DNA of 64,000 bases from an uncultured delta proteobacterium (GTDB taxonomy: Bacteria; Desulfobacterota; Syntrophorhabdia; Syntrophorhabdales; WCHB1-27): the NCBI GenBank assembly GCA_963810935.1, contig CAWEPK010000005.1, positions 96,001-160,000 of the forward strand, in the 5' to 3' direction. Positions 10,123-20,096 of the stretch are shown here, piece by piece; positions within the stretch are counted from its first letter, which is position 1, and each line of letters opens with the position of its first letter. Under the pieces are notes generated by a model, which was given only the letters and a program-made list of their open reading frames with translations, was not told where the DNA came from and ran no database searches. Both the position numbers and the translations under genes were made by a program.

Positions 10123-13100
10123 ATGTCTACTTTCTTCATCAGACGCCCCATCGTTGCAATGGTCATCTCCATCATGTTCGTCGTGCTGGGCCTGGTTTCG
10201 ATGGCGGGCCTGCCGATATCGCAGTTCCCCGAGGTCGTCCCGCCTGAAGTCCAGATTCTCACCACATATACGGGCGCAGACGCGGAAACCGTCGAGCAGT
10301 CGGTCGCCACGCCCATCGAGCAGCAGATGAGCGGCGTTGACAACATGAACTACATGTATTCGGTCAACGCGAGCAACGGTACGATGCGCATCTTCGTAAA
10401 CTTCGACGTCAAGACCGACCCGAACACGGACCTCGTCCTCGCCCAGATACGCCAGAACCTTGCCCAGCCGCAGCTCCCGATAGACGTGAGGAACTACGGC
10501 GTGACCATGCAGAAGGCACGCAGCTCGCCCCTCATGATCATTGCCCTTTCTTCGCCGAAAGGCACGTACGATTCGACGTTCCTTGCCAACTACGCGAATA
10601 TCAACCTCATCGACCCCATGCTGCGCGTGCCCGGCGTGGCGATGATCAACGTTTTCGGGGCAGGCCAGTACGCCGTGCGCATATGGGTGAAGCCCGACAC
10701 GCTCGGCAAGCTCGGCGTTACGGTCCCCGATATCGTCAGCGCGGTCCAGAAACAGAATACCGTCAACCCGGCCGGGCAGATCGGCGCAGAGCCTGCACCG
10801 CCCGGACAGGAATTCACCTATACGGTGCGTACCCAGAGCCGCCTGGTCTCCCCGGAACAATTCGGCAGCATCGTGGTCCGCGCGAACCCCGACGGCTCCA
10901 CAGTGAGGCTAAGCGACGTGGCCCGCATCGAGCTCGGCGCCCAGACGTACAACGTAATGGGCCGCGTCGACGGCCATCCTGCCGGCGTCCTCGCCCTCTA
11001 CCAGTTGCCGGGCACAAACGCCCTTCAGACGGTTGGGGGCGCAAAGAAGGTCATGGAAGAGGCTAAGAAACGGTTTCCTGCCGATATCGACTATGCCGTG
11101 CACCTCGACACTACAAGGTCCATCAGCGAAGGCATCCACGAGATGCTTATCACGCTGCTCGAAGCCCTGGGGCTCGTCATCCTGGTCGTCTATCTCTTTC
11201 TCCAGGGATGGAGGGCGACCCTTATCCCGGCCCTCGCGGTGCCCGTCTCCCTCATCGGCACCTTCGCCTTCTTTCCGCTGCTCGGGTTCTCCATCAACAC
11301 CCTATCCCTTTTCGGCCTGGTCCTCGCCATAGGCCTTGTCGTCGATGACGCGATCATCGTCGTCGAGGCGGTGGAGCGCCATATCGAAGAGGGCATGACC
11401 CCGAAAGAGGCGTCCGTCAAGGCGATGCAGGAGGTCGCGGGCCCCGTCATGGCCATTGCGCTGATCCTGGCCGCAGTCTTCATCCCCACTATCTTCATCC
11501 CCGGCATAACGGGCAGGCTGTACCAGCAGTTCGCGGTGACGATCGCCATATCCGTGTTGATCTCGGCCTTCAACGCCCTCTCCCTAAGCCCGGCCCTTTG
11601 CGCCCTGCTGCTCAAACCGAGAAAGACGACGCAGGGACCGCTCGGCAGGTTCTTCGCCTCCTTCAACCGCACCTTCCACAAGGCGACCAACGGGTATATC
11701 ACGCTTTGCGCGTCCCTGATCCGCAAGAGCGTCCTCAGCCTCGGCATCCTCGCGATAGTCGCTCTCCTGGCCGGACTCCTCGGCCACCAGATACCGAGAG
11801 GGTTCCTGCCGGAAGAAGACCAGGGTTACTTCTTCGTCAACGTGGCCCTGCCCGACGCAGCCTCTCTTCAGCGCACTACCGCGGTTTCCAAAAAGATCGA
11901 GAATATCCTCAAGGATACCCCCGGGGTCGAGCATTTCCAGTCAGTGCCGGGCATCAGCCTGCTGAGCAACGCCCAGAACACGTACAGCGGCTTCTTCTTT
12001 GTTACCCTTAAGGAATGGAGCAAGAGGACAAAATCCGGGGAGCGCTCCGACGCTATCATAGCCCACCTGAACCGGGAGCTTTCGAAGCTGCCGGAGGCGG
12101 TGGCCTTTGCGTTCCCTCCGCCGGCCATCCAGGGCATCGGTATGGCGGGCGGCGCAACCGTCGTCCTTGAAGACCGGGCCGGAAAGAGCATCGGGTTCCT
12201 CGCCCAAAACCTGAATAAATACGTAGAGGCGGTCCGCAAGCGGCCCGAGATCGAGAGGGTCACGACCACTTTCGTCCCCGGCGTCCCCCAGATTTGGGTG
12301 GACGTGGACCGCGATAAGGTGCTTAGACAGGGTGTCGACGTCGGACAGGTCTACCAGACTCTCCAGGCCTTCATGGGCGGCTACTTCATCAACTATTTCA
12401 ACCGCTTCGGCAGGCAATGGCAGGTCTATGTGCAGGCAGAAGGCAAGTACCGCACAAAGGCCGAGGACATAGGCCGGTTTTACGTTACGAACGACAAAGG
12501 GAACCCGGTGCCGCTCTCGGCCGTCACGAGCATATTGTCCAGGCCGGGCCCGGAATTCACGATGCGCTATAACCTTTACAGGGCAGCGCAGATCAACGTG
12601 GCGGGGAAACAGGGCTACAGCTCAGGCCAGGTCATGAATGCAGTCGAAGAAGTATTCCGGCAGACCATGCCGCCCGAGATGGGCATCGACTACATCGGCA
12701 TGAGCTTCCAGGAAAAGAAGGCGCGGGAAGGCGTCCCGGCCTCGGCCATCTTCGGCCTCTCCCTTTTGTGCGTCTTTTTGATCCTGGCTGCCCAGTATGA
12801 AAGCTGGTCCCTCCCGTTCAGCGTGCTCCTGTGCACGCCGGTCGCGGTCTTCGGGGCCTTCCTCGCGATATACTCGCGGGGCCTGGACAATAACATCTAC
12901 GCCCAGATCGGCCTCATCGTGCTTATCGGCCTCGGCGCAAAGAACGCGATCCTTATCGTCGAATTCGCAAAAGCGGCCCACGAGCGGGGCAATGCGCTCG
13001 AAGCTGCGGCCCTCGAAGGGGCCAGGCTCCGTCTCCGGCCGATCCTGATGACGTCGTTTGCCTTCCTTTTGGGCGTCCTTCCCCTCGCCTTCTCGTCCGG

Positions 13101-13275
13101 CGCCGGCGGCATGGCCCGCCGGGTGATGGGGACCGCGGTAATGGGCGGTACGGTGGCCGCTTCCGTCATCGCCGTCTTCCTTATCCCCGTCACGTTCTAC
13201 GTGGTGGGGCGGATAACGGACCGCTCGAAAAAACGCAAACCGAAAGAGGCGGATAAAGGGGGCGGTCATGCGTAA
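10123..13275 (+). CDS. HAE1-family RND efflux permease (AcrB/MexB-like)
   Basis: FFIRRPIVA, GLVVDDAIIVVE, KNAILIVEFA, RLRPILMTS; 1050 aa. Confidence 0.96.
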   Translation: MSTFFIRRPIVAMVISIMFVVLGLVSMAGLPISQFPEVVPPEVQILTTYTGADAETVEQSVATPIEQQMSGVDNMNYMYSVNASNGTMRIFVNFDVKTDPNTDLVLAQIRQNLAQPQLPIDVRNYGVTMQKARSSPLMIIALSSPKGTYDSTFLANYANINLIDPMLRVPGVAMINVFGAGQYAVRIWVKPDTLGKLGVTVPDIVSAVQKQNTVNPAGQIGAEPAPPGQEFTYTVRTQSRLVSPEQFGSIVVRANPDGSTVRLSDVARIELGAQTYNVMGRVDGHPAGVLALYQLPGTNALQTVGGAKKVMEEAKKRFPADIDYAVHLDTTRSISEGIHEMLITLLEALGLVILVVYLFLQGWRATLIPALAVPVSLIGTFAFFPLLGFSINTLSLFGLVLAIGLVVDDAIIVVEAVERHIEEGMTPKEASVKAMQEVAGPVMAIALILAAVFIPTIFIPGITGRLYQQFAVTIAISVLISAFNALSLSPALCALLLKPRKTTQGPLGRFFASFNRTFHKATNGYITLCASLIRKSVLSLGILAIVALLAGLLGHQIPRGFLPEEDQGYFFVNVALPDAASLQRTTAVSKKIENILKDTPGVEHFQSVPGISLLSNAQNTYSGFFFVTLKEWSKRTKSGERSDAIIAHLNRELSKLPEAVAFAFPPPAIQGIGMAGGATVVLEDRAGKSIGFLAQNLNKYVEAVRKRPEIERVTTTFVPGVPQIWVDVDRDKVLRQGVDVGQVYQTLQAFMGGYFINYFNRFGRQWQVYVQAEGKYRTKAEDIGRFYVTNDKGNPVPLSAVTSILSRPGPEFTMRYNLYRAAQINVAGKQGYSSGQVMNAVEEVFRQTMPPEMGIDYIGMSFQEKKAREGVPASAIFGLSLLCVFLILAAQYESWSLPFSVLLCTPVAVFGAFLAIYSRGLDNNIYAQIGLIVLIGLGAKNAILIVEFAKAAHERGNALEAAALEGARLRLRPILMTSFAFLLGVLPLAFSSGAGGMARRVMGTAVMGGTVAASVIAVFLIPVTFYVVGRITDRSKKRKPKEADKGGGHA

Positions 13276-14704
13276 GCCCCTAGCCTGCTTTTGTTTGATC
13301 TTTACTATGGCCTTGTCGGCCTGCATGGTAGGCCCCGATTACCACAGGCCGGCCGTCGATACCCCCGAAAACTGGCGCTTCGCGGACAAAGAGGCGCAGC
13401 AGATCGCCGACACGCAGTGGTGGAGGCAGTTCGGCGACCCGGTGCTCGACGGTCTTATCGATTCGGCGTTGAAGGAGAACAAGGACGTCAAGATAGCCGC
13501 TGCGAGAGTCGAGCAGTACATTGGAAGGGCCATGGTGGTCCGCGCAGCGCAGTTCCCGCAGGTGACGGGGGCCGCCGTCCCGACGCGGACCAGGGTCTCG
13601 GACTATATCAATCCGCCCTGGCCGGCGGAGTCCGGCGCCCTGAACCCGTACTCCGACTTCAGGCCGTTCTTAAGCGCAAGCTGGCAGATCGACCTCTGGG
13701 GCCAATTGAGGCGCGCCACGCAGGCAGCAAGGGCTGACCTCCTGGCGACCAGGGAGGCCAGACAGGGGGTCATCCTTACAGTCGTCGCCGCAGTTGCTTC
13801 CGCGTATACGGACCTCCTCGACCTCGACAAGCAGCTCGACATCGCAGTACAGACCGTCGCAAGCCGGGCGGACACCCTCAAGCTTTTCCAACTGCGCTTC
13901 GACCGGGGCCTCACCTCGGAGCTGGAGTTGCGCCAGGCACAGTCCGAGTACCAGTCTGCCCTTTCTACAGTGCCGCTGCTGAAGAAGCTCATCGGCCAGC
14001 AGGAGAACGCCCTCTGCGTACTCCTCGGAAGGAACCCCGGCCCCATCGTGAGGGGGCGGCCTTTCGACGGCCTCGTGCTGCCCGCGGTGCCTGCCGGCCT
14101 GCCCTCGGAGCTTTTGGAGAGGCGGCCCGATATACGCCAGGCGGAGCAAAACCTGATTGCCGCGAACGCGCGGATCGGCGTAGCGAAGTCCCAGTACTAC
14201 CCGAATATTACGCTGACGGGCCTTTACGGCTACGAGAGCACCAGCCTGTCCAATCTGTTTACCGGCCCCGCAAGGATGTGGAGCTACGCGGCGCCGGTCG
14301 TGGCGCCCATTTTCACCGCCGGGGCGATCGCCGGGACGGTTCGGCTCGCGGAAGGCGTGCAGATGGAAATGCTGGCCCGCTACGAGCAGACGATCCAGCA
14401 GGCGTTCAGGGAGGTGGAGGACGGCCTCATAGACCAGGCGAAGTCGAGGGAGCAGCTTTCAATACAGGCTGGACAGGTCGAGGCGCTCAAAGAATATGAC
14501 CGCCTGGCGCGGCTCAGATACAACAACGGCTACACGAGCTACATCGAGGTGCTCGATGCGGAGCGGAGCCTGTTTGTCGCGCAGCTTTACTATGCGCAGA
14601 CACAGGCCGTTCTGATGCGCGCCCTTATTAATCTCTACAGGTCTATGGGCGGCGGCTGGGTAATGGAGGCTGAAAAGTTGGCTTACCCGGCCCCGGTGAA
14701 GTAA
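13268..14704 (+). CDS. RND outer membrane factor lipoprotein (OprM/NodT family)
   Basis: Lipobox LSAC, MVGPDY, PSELLERRPDIRQAE, LYRSMGGGW. Confidence 0.94.
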   Translation: MRKPLACFCLIFTMALSACMVGPDYHRPAVDTPENWRFADKEAQQIADTQWWRQFGDPVLDGLIDSALKENKDVKIAAARVEQYIGRAMVVRAAQFPQVTGAAVPTRTRVSDYINPPWPAESGALNPYSDFRPFLSASWQIDLWGQLRRATQAARADLLATREARQGVILTVVAAVASAYTDLLDLDKQLDIAVQTVASRADTLKLFQLRFDRGLTSELELRQAQSEYQSALSTVPLLKKLIGQQENALCVLLGRNPGPIVRGRPFDGLVLPAVPAGLPSELLERRPDIRQAEQNLIAANARIGVAKSQYYPNITLTGLYGYESTSLSNLFTGPARMWSYAAPVVAPIFTAGAIAGTVRLAEGVQMEMLARYEQTIQQAFREVEDGLIDQAKSREQLSIQAGQVEALKEYDRLARLRYNNGYTSYIEVLDAERSLFVAQLYYAQTQAVLMRALINLYRSMGGGWVMEAEKLAYPAPVK

Positions 14705-14725
14705 AGTCTCCGCCGGAAAAGTACC

Positions 14726-16372
14726 CTATCCCTTGCCGAGCTTTTCCTTGATGTCTTCCCTCAGAACTTTCTTATCGACCTTGCCGACCTTCGTCATCGG
14801 CAGGTCCTCTATAAACTCGACCCTCTCCGGCAGTTGCTGCACCGACGCGCCCTTCGATTTCAGGAAAGCGACGATCTCTTCGAACTTAAGCCCTGCGCCC
14901 GGCTTCGTTTTGACGTAGGCGCAGATCCTTTCGCCCAGGACGACGTCTGGCATGCCGACTACGGCGCTGTCTTCGATCTCCGGATGGGCCGAGAGCCGGT
15001 TCTCGATCTCTACGGCGCTTATCTTCTCTCCGCCCCTGTTGATGATGTCCTTGATTCTTCCGGTGATCGTGATATTCCCGGCGTTGTCTTTACGCGCCCT
15101 GTCGCCCGTCTTGAAAAAACCGTCGGCCGTGAAGATGTCCTTGTTCTCTTCGGGCGACTTGAAATAACCGGTGAAAATGCCGGGCCCCTTCGAGACCAGC
15201 TCGCCTTCGCCGCCGGCCGGCACCTCGTTGCCTGCCTCGTTGATGATCTTTATCGTATCGTAAGGACAAGCCGGCCTGCCCACGCTGCCGAGGATGATCT
15301 CTGCGCTGTCTCCCGGCCGCGTCGAAATGTTGGTTCCTTCGGAGGAGCCGAAGGCGTTTATAACGATGCAATGGAGCTTCTGGTTGGCTGCCGTCAGCAG
15401 TTCCGGCGTTGAGGGCGCACCCCCCAGGCAGACTTTCTTGAGCGAGGCGAGGTCGTATTTTTCCAGGCCGTCCACCCCGATCATCCTCGTGATAAGCGCG
15501 GGGACGGAAGGGATGGCGGTGACCCGCTCCTTCTGGACCCATTCGCATATGTCCTCGCCCGTCGAGGAATCTAGAAGGACCAGCTTGGCATAATTCAGCA
15601 GGGCGGCCCCGATGCCCCAGTGCATGGCCATACTGTGCCCCACCGGCGTGATCACCATGATCGTGTCTTCCGCCGTGATGTTCCATGCCCGCGAGTGGTA
15701 CTCGACGTTCACGATATAGGAGTTGTGCGTGCGGACGCTCGCCTTCGGCAGGCCCGTCGTCCCGCCGGTCGGCATGATATGGGATACCTCGTCCGGGTCG
15801 GGCCTCATTTTCTCCAGGGCCTCGAAATCTTCCGGCGTCGGCTCCGTGGCCTCTATCAGCTCTTCCATCGTCGGATAAGGGCCTTTCTTTCCCGCGCGCA
15901 GGTTAATTACGTGCTCAAGCTGCGGGTTTTCCTTCAATACTGCGTCTATGACCGGCTGGTAATCGATCTTGCCGTACTGCTTCGGCACCACCCAGGCGAC
16001 GGGCTTCGTAAGCGCCGCGATATGGTTGATCTCCGACTCGTTGTGGCGCGGAATGAGGAGCACCGTCAGGGCGCCGATCTTCTGCATGGCAAAGAAGGCC
16101 ACTATATACTCGTGCCAGTTGGGGAATTGGAGAAGCACCCAGTCGCGCTGCTTCACGCCGAGCTTCATCAGCGCGATCGCAAAACGGTCCATCTCCCGGC
16201 GCAGCTCGCCGTAAGTGTAGCTCCCCGTCCCGTCGACAAGGCCTATCCTGTCCGGATAGATATCGGACGCCCTGTCGAGCAGGTCGCTCCACGTAAGGCC
16301 GAGCCACCAGCGCCTGCGGTTGTACTTCTCCCTGTCTTCTTTTGCGTATTCCGTAAAACCTTCTATTGCCAT
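14726..16372 (-). CDS. AMP-forming aryl/acyl-CoA ligase (2,3-dihydroxybenzoate-AMP ligase-like)
   Basis: PTGGTTGLPK, AFGSSEG, GFFKTGD, GRIKDIINRGGEKI, KVGKVDKK. Confidence 0.88.
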   Translation of the reverse strand: MAIEGFTEYAKEDREKYNRRRWWLGLTWSDLLDRASDIYPDRIGLVDGTGSYTYGELRREMDRFAIALMKLGVKQRDWVLLQFPNWHEYIVAFFAMQKIGALTVLLIPRHNESEINHIAALTKPVAWVVPKQYGKIDYQPVIDAVLKENPQLEHVINLRAGKKGPYPTMEELIEATEPTPEDFEALEKMRPDPDEVSHIMPTGGTTGLPKASVRTHNSYIVNVEYHSRAWNITAEDTIMVITPVGHSMAMHWGIGAALLNYAKLVLLDSSTGEDICEWVQKERVTAIPSVPALITRMIGVDGLEKYDLASLKKVCLGGAPSTPELLTAANQKLHCIVINAFGSSEGTNISTRPGDSAEIILGSVGRPACPYDTIKIINEAGNEVPAGGEGELVSKGPGIFTGYFKSPEENKDIFTADGFFKTGDRARKDNAGNITITGRIKDIINRGGEKISAVEIENRLSAHPEIEDSAVVGMPDVVLGERICAYVKTKPGAGLKFEEIVAFLKSKGASVQQLPERVEFIEDLPMTKVGKVDKKVLREDIKEKLGKG

Positions 16373-16394
16373 GCAGAGACCCCTTTCTGTATTT

Positions 16395-17459
16395 TTAGTA
16401 TTGATACGCCGTAGGTATCTTCTTTGCCTTTTCCTGGGCCTTCCAGTATTCGATGCGCTCTTTGATGAAGGCTATCCAGGCATCGACCTCGGCGGCCTTG
16501 TAGCCCTTGGCGATCATGTCTTTTTTGAAGTCTGCGATGACGGGCTGTGCTGCTTTTACCCACCTGGCGCTCTCGGCGTCGGAGATGTTGATTATCTGGC
16601 CGCCCTGCTTTTTGAACCAGTCGCCGCCCTCGATGTCAATGCGGTTCCACTCGACAAGCCACTGGTCTAAGAACTCGCCCTTGGAGTAGTCGGTTATGAT
16701 CTTCTGGACGTCTGCGGGCAGGCTGTTCCACTTGTTCTTGTTCATGATTACGTAGAAGGAGAAGACGCTGCCTATCTTCCAGGAGGCGGTGACGTACTTC
16801 TCTACCTCGCCGATCTTGAACCCTTTGAGCTGCTCTAACGGACCGAAGTTGCCCTCCACTACGCCGCGGCGCAGGGCCTCATAGGTATCGACGATCTCGA
16901 TAGGCATCGGGACTGCGCCCAGGGCGCGGGCTATGTCGCCTATCCTGCCGGGGCCCCGTAGCTTCATGCCCTTTATGTCTTCCAAGGTCTTTACGGGCTT
17001 TGAGAGCGACTGGAGGACGTTGACGGGGCTCGTCGAGAACATGATGGGATGGAAGGCGTCCCATTCCTTCGGCTTGAACTTGTCATAGAAGTCGTTGGAG
17101 ACGTGGCCCGCGATCCAGGGGCTCGGGAACCCTATAGGCAGCTCCATGATCTCCATTACGGGGAAGCGGCCGCGGGTGTACGAGCAGTGGGAGAAGCCGA
17201 TGTCGGCAATGCCCGTCAGCACGCCCGGGGCGATCTTGGGGGCGGTAAGAAGCGTGCCGCCCGTATACTGGGTGATCTCCACCTTGCCCGCGAGCTTCTT
17301 GTTAAGCCCGTCGGCCCACTTGCCGAGCATGACCGAGTTCATGTGGACGGGCGGGAAGTAATTGGCCAGCTTCAGCTTGATCACATCCGCGCCGGCAATC
17401 GAAGAGAACGAGAGACAAAGCGCGAGGACACATAGGAAGACCGTCAGTTTTCTTAGCAT
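16395..17459 (-). CDS. dctP: TRAP transporter substrate-binding protein DctP
   Basis: Signal peptide, GRFPVME, KGMKLR, YEALRRGVVEG, MNKNKWNSLPADVQ. Confidence 0.9.
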   Translation of the reverse strand: MLRKLTVFLCVLALCLSFSSIAGADVIKLKLANYFPPVHMNSVMLGKWADGLNKKLAGKVEITQYTGGTLLTAPKIAPGVLTGIADIGFSHCSYTRGRFPVMEIMELPIGFPSPWIAGHVSNDFYDKFKPKEWDAFHPIMFSTSPVNVLQSLSKPVKTLEDIKGMKLRGPGRIGDIARALGAVPMPIEIVDTYEALRRGVVEGNFGPLEQLKGFKIGEVEKYVTASWKIGSVFSFYVIMNKNKWNSLPADVQKIITDYSKGEFLDQWLVEWNRIDIEGGDWFKKQGGQIINISDAESARWVKAAQPVIADFKKDMIAKGYKAAEVDAWIAFIKERIEYWKAQEKAKKIPTAYQY

Positions 17460-17512
17460 CTTTTTACCCCCTTTGAAGGTTTTTGCGTATCTTTATACCC
17501 CATTTACCCCTC

Positions 17513-18817
17513 TTACTTGCCATAGAAGACCGAGGGCAGCCAGAGGGCAAGCTGGGGAAAGACGAACATAAGGCCCCAGACAAAGACTAAAGAGAGCAGG
17601 AACGGGGCCACGCCTCTGTATATGCGGCCCATCGGCTCCTTCGTGATGTTCTTTACGACGAAGACGCAGACTGCGACAGGCGGGATGACAACCCCGATCA
17701 TGACGACTACGCCGATCACTATGCCGAACCATAACGGGCTGAAGCCGAGCTTTAAGACGGCCGGATAGAAGATCGGGGTCGCAAGGATCATAAAGGCCAG
17801 ATCGTCGATAAAGGAGCCCCCCAGCTCGTAGACAAAGCAGATGAGTATCATGATTACGTACCGGTTCAGGGGCAGGGAGACTATCCAGTCGGCCACGGCC
17901 TGGGGTATGTTGGTCACTGCGATGAAGTGGCCGAGTATGGTCGAGCCTGCGATCAGCATCAGGATCATGCCTGCCGTGCGGGTGGCCTCGGCAAGCGAGA
18001 GGACGTACTTCTTGAAGTTCATGTTACGGGTGACTATCGATAGGATGAAGATGGCGAAGGTGCCTACTGCGCCCGCTTCCGTAGGCGTGAAGTAGCCGGC
18101 CATCATGCCGCCCACGACGAGGAAGAAGACGAGGACGATCCAGACGACCTCCGGCAGGCTCCTTGCCCTATCTGCCCAGCTCGACCTCGCGGACAATGGT
18201 GCGGCCTTCGGGTATATCTTGGCCCACCCGTATATGATGAAAAGGAAGAGGAAGGCGATCAGGAAGCCCGGGATCATGCCTGCCAGAAAGAGCTGGCCTA
18301 TCGACTGCTCGGTCAATATGCCGAATATGATGAGGACGACGGAGGGAGGGATTATGCAGCCCAAGCTTCCGACCGTTGCGACGATGCCGGTCGAGAGCCT
18401 CCTGTCGTAGCCGAAGCGGTCCATCTCGGGGACTGCGACGGCAGCGAAGGTGGCCGAGGTCGCGGCCGACGAGCCGCAGATCGCCTTGAACCCCGTGGCG
18501 CCTATGACGGTCGCCATGGCGAGGCCGCCCGGGATGTGGCCAACGAACTTATTGGCGGCCGAATAGAGTCTGACCGCAATGCCGGCGTTGAAGCCTATCT
18601 GGCCCATGAGGATGAACAGGGGGAAGACCGTGTAGCCGTAGTTCGTGATGACGTCGTAGACGTCCCTTCCAAGTAAGTTCATTGCGGCTGATAAGCCGTT
18701 GAAGTAAGCGAAGCCGCAGAAGCCGACCGCGGCCATGGCGAACCCCAGCTCTATGCCCGTAGAGAAAAGGGCCAGAAGGATGACGAGCGCGACGATGCCT
18801 ATAGTTATCTCATTCAT
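17513..18817 (-). CDS. dctM: TRAP transporter large permease DctM
   Basis: PLFILMG, ICGSSAAT, LGCIIPPS, FTPTEAG. Confidence 0.93.
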   Translation of the reverse strand: MNEITIGIVALVILLALFSTGIELGFAMAAVGFCGFAYFNGLSAAMNLLGRDVYDVITNYGYTVFPLFILMGQIGFNAGIAVRLYSAANKFVGHIPGGLAMATVIGATGFKAICGSSAATSATFAAVAVPEMDRFGYDRRLSTGIVATVGSLGCIIPPSVVLIIFGILTEQSIGQLFLAGMIPGFLIAFLFLFIIYGWAKIYPKAAPLSARSSWADRARSLPEVVWIVLVFFLVVGGMMAGYFTPTEAGAVGTFAIFILSIVTRNMNFKKYVLSLAEATRTAGMILMLIAGSTILGHFIAVTNIPQAVADWIVSLPLNRYVIMILICFVYELGGSFIDDLAFMILATPIFYPAVLKLGFSPLWFGIVIGVVVMIGVVIPPVAVCVFVVKNITKEPMGRIYRGVAPFLLSLVFVWGLMFVFPQLALWLPSVFYGK

Positions 18818-19295
18818 AATGGCCCCTCCAGATCTTCACGAGCTGCGAGATGAAGACCACACATTCTATGAAGCAGCAGACCCCCACCGCGTAGGCTATC
18901 GGGTAGAAGGGGAGCCTGATCGTAGGAGAGACCTCGCCTGACGTATGGAACTCTGCGCCTATGCTGAACAGGTTGTAGGAGATAAGGATGAAAAGGCAGA
19001 GGCAGATCAATCTCGTGAACGTGTTTAGGACGGCCTTGGCCTTCATGCCGACCTTCTCCAGGACTATCTCCATGTAGACGTGGCTCTTATCCAAAGAGAC
19101 CCTGGGGATGCCGAACCCTATGACGAGGGCGAGTGCAAGGCTGACTACTTCGTAGGTGCCGACGAGCGGGTGGCCGAGGGCACGGCAGACAATGTCGGCG
19201 ACGGTAAGAAACATCATGAAGGTAAGGGCGGCGCTGGCAACGACGTTAAGCACCGCCTTGCAAACCCTCAGGAAAAGGTCGAGAGCGTTTTCCAT
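18810..19295 (-). CDS. dctQ: TRAP transporter small permease DctQ
   Basis: Four hydrophobic helices, GTYEVV, HVYMEI; overlaps the dctM start. Confidence 0.88.
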   Translation of the reverse strand: MENALDLFLRVCKAVLNVVASAALTFMMFLTVADIVCRALGHPLVGTYEVVSLALALVIGFGIPRVSLDKSHVYMEIVLEKVGMKAKAVLNTFTRLICLCLFILISYNLFSIGAEFHTSGEVSPTIRLPFYPIAYAVGVCCFIECVVFISQLVKIWRGHYE

Positions 19296-19542
19296 TGAAT
19301 CCCCCTCTTTAAGTCCATGTTACAGACTATCATTCATGAAAATCGCGTCGATGGCTCGAATGTAGCGGCTTAGCTCGTGCAGAACATCGGAAACCTCCCG
19401 TACCATGCACCACGCGTAACTCCAATTGCCCGATTAAGCAGGGCTTAGTGAGATAATATGCGGCGCCGGCCCCTCAAAGTACGGCCATTTTACTCAATAA
19501 AATGGCGTTTCTTCTAATTGTTGCCTTTTTAGGAAAAGATTG

Positions 19543-19800
19543 TCAAGAGAAATCTCGGAGTACCTTTTCGACCTCGTCTTCGGGGAGAGGAATGGAGATT
19601 ATTTTCCTTCTGTCCTTACGGCCGGATACGATGGCGACGTCGCGTTTCTTCAGCCCGAAGGTCTCCGCCACGTAGTCGATCAGCTCTTCGTTGGCCCTGC
19701 CCTTCTCCGGCCTGGCCGTGAGTCTTATGGTGATACGGCCGCCGTCAATGCGCATCCCGCGCTTCCCGGCGCCTGTAATCACCTTGACTTCGAGGTTCAC
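19543..19800 (-). CDS. DUF167/YggU family protein
   Basis: ARPEKGRANEELI...VAIVSGRKDRRK; follows yggT. Confidence 0.85.
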   Translation of the reverse strand: MNLEVKVITGAGKRGMRIDGGRITIRLTARPEKGRANEELIDYVAETFGLKKRDVAIVSGRKDRRKIISIPLPEDEVEKVLRDFS

Positions 19801-20096
19801 CTCAGCTTGTTTCCGAGATCGACGATGACGCGGACGAGGAACGCCTGGGCGAACCAGATGAGCGCGATCAGTATGATGGGCGATACATCGACCATGCCGA
19901 TCCGCGTAGGTATGATCCGCGAGATGCGGTAGGTGATAGGATCGACGAGGTTGGTTATAAACCTGACGATGGGATTATACGGGTCGGGCCTCACCCAGGA
20001 AAGCAGTGCGCGCACTATCACGACAAGCATGTATATGCTGAGCAGCTTATCGATGATAATGCCGATTGCGACCAGCAAGTCCCCGGCTACGAACAT
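19797..20096 (-). CDS. yggT: YggT family membrane protein
   Basis: ALLSWVRPDPYNPIVRF, DVSPII. Confidence 0.92.
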   Translation of the reverse strand: MFVAGDLLVAIGIIIDKLLSIYMLVVIVRALLSWVRPDPYNPIVRFITNLVDPITYRISRIIPTRIGMVDVSPIILIALIWFAQAFLVRVIVDLGNKLR

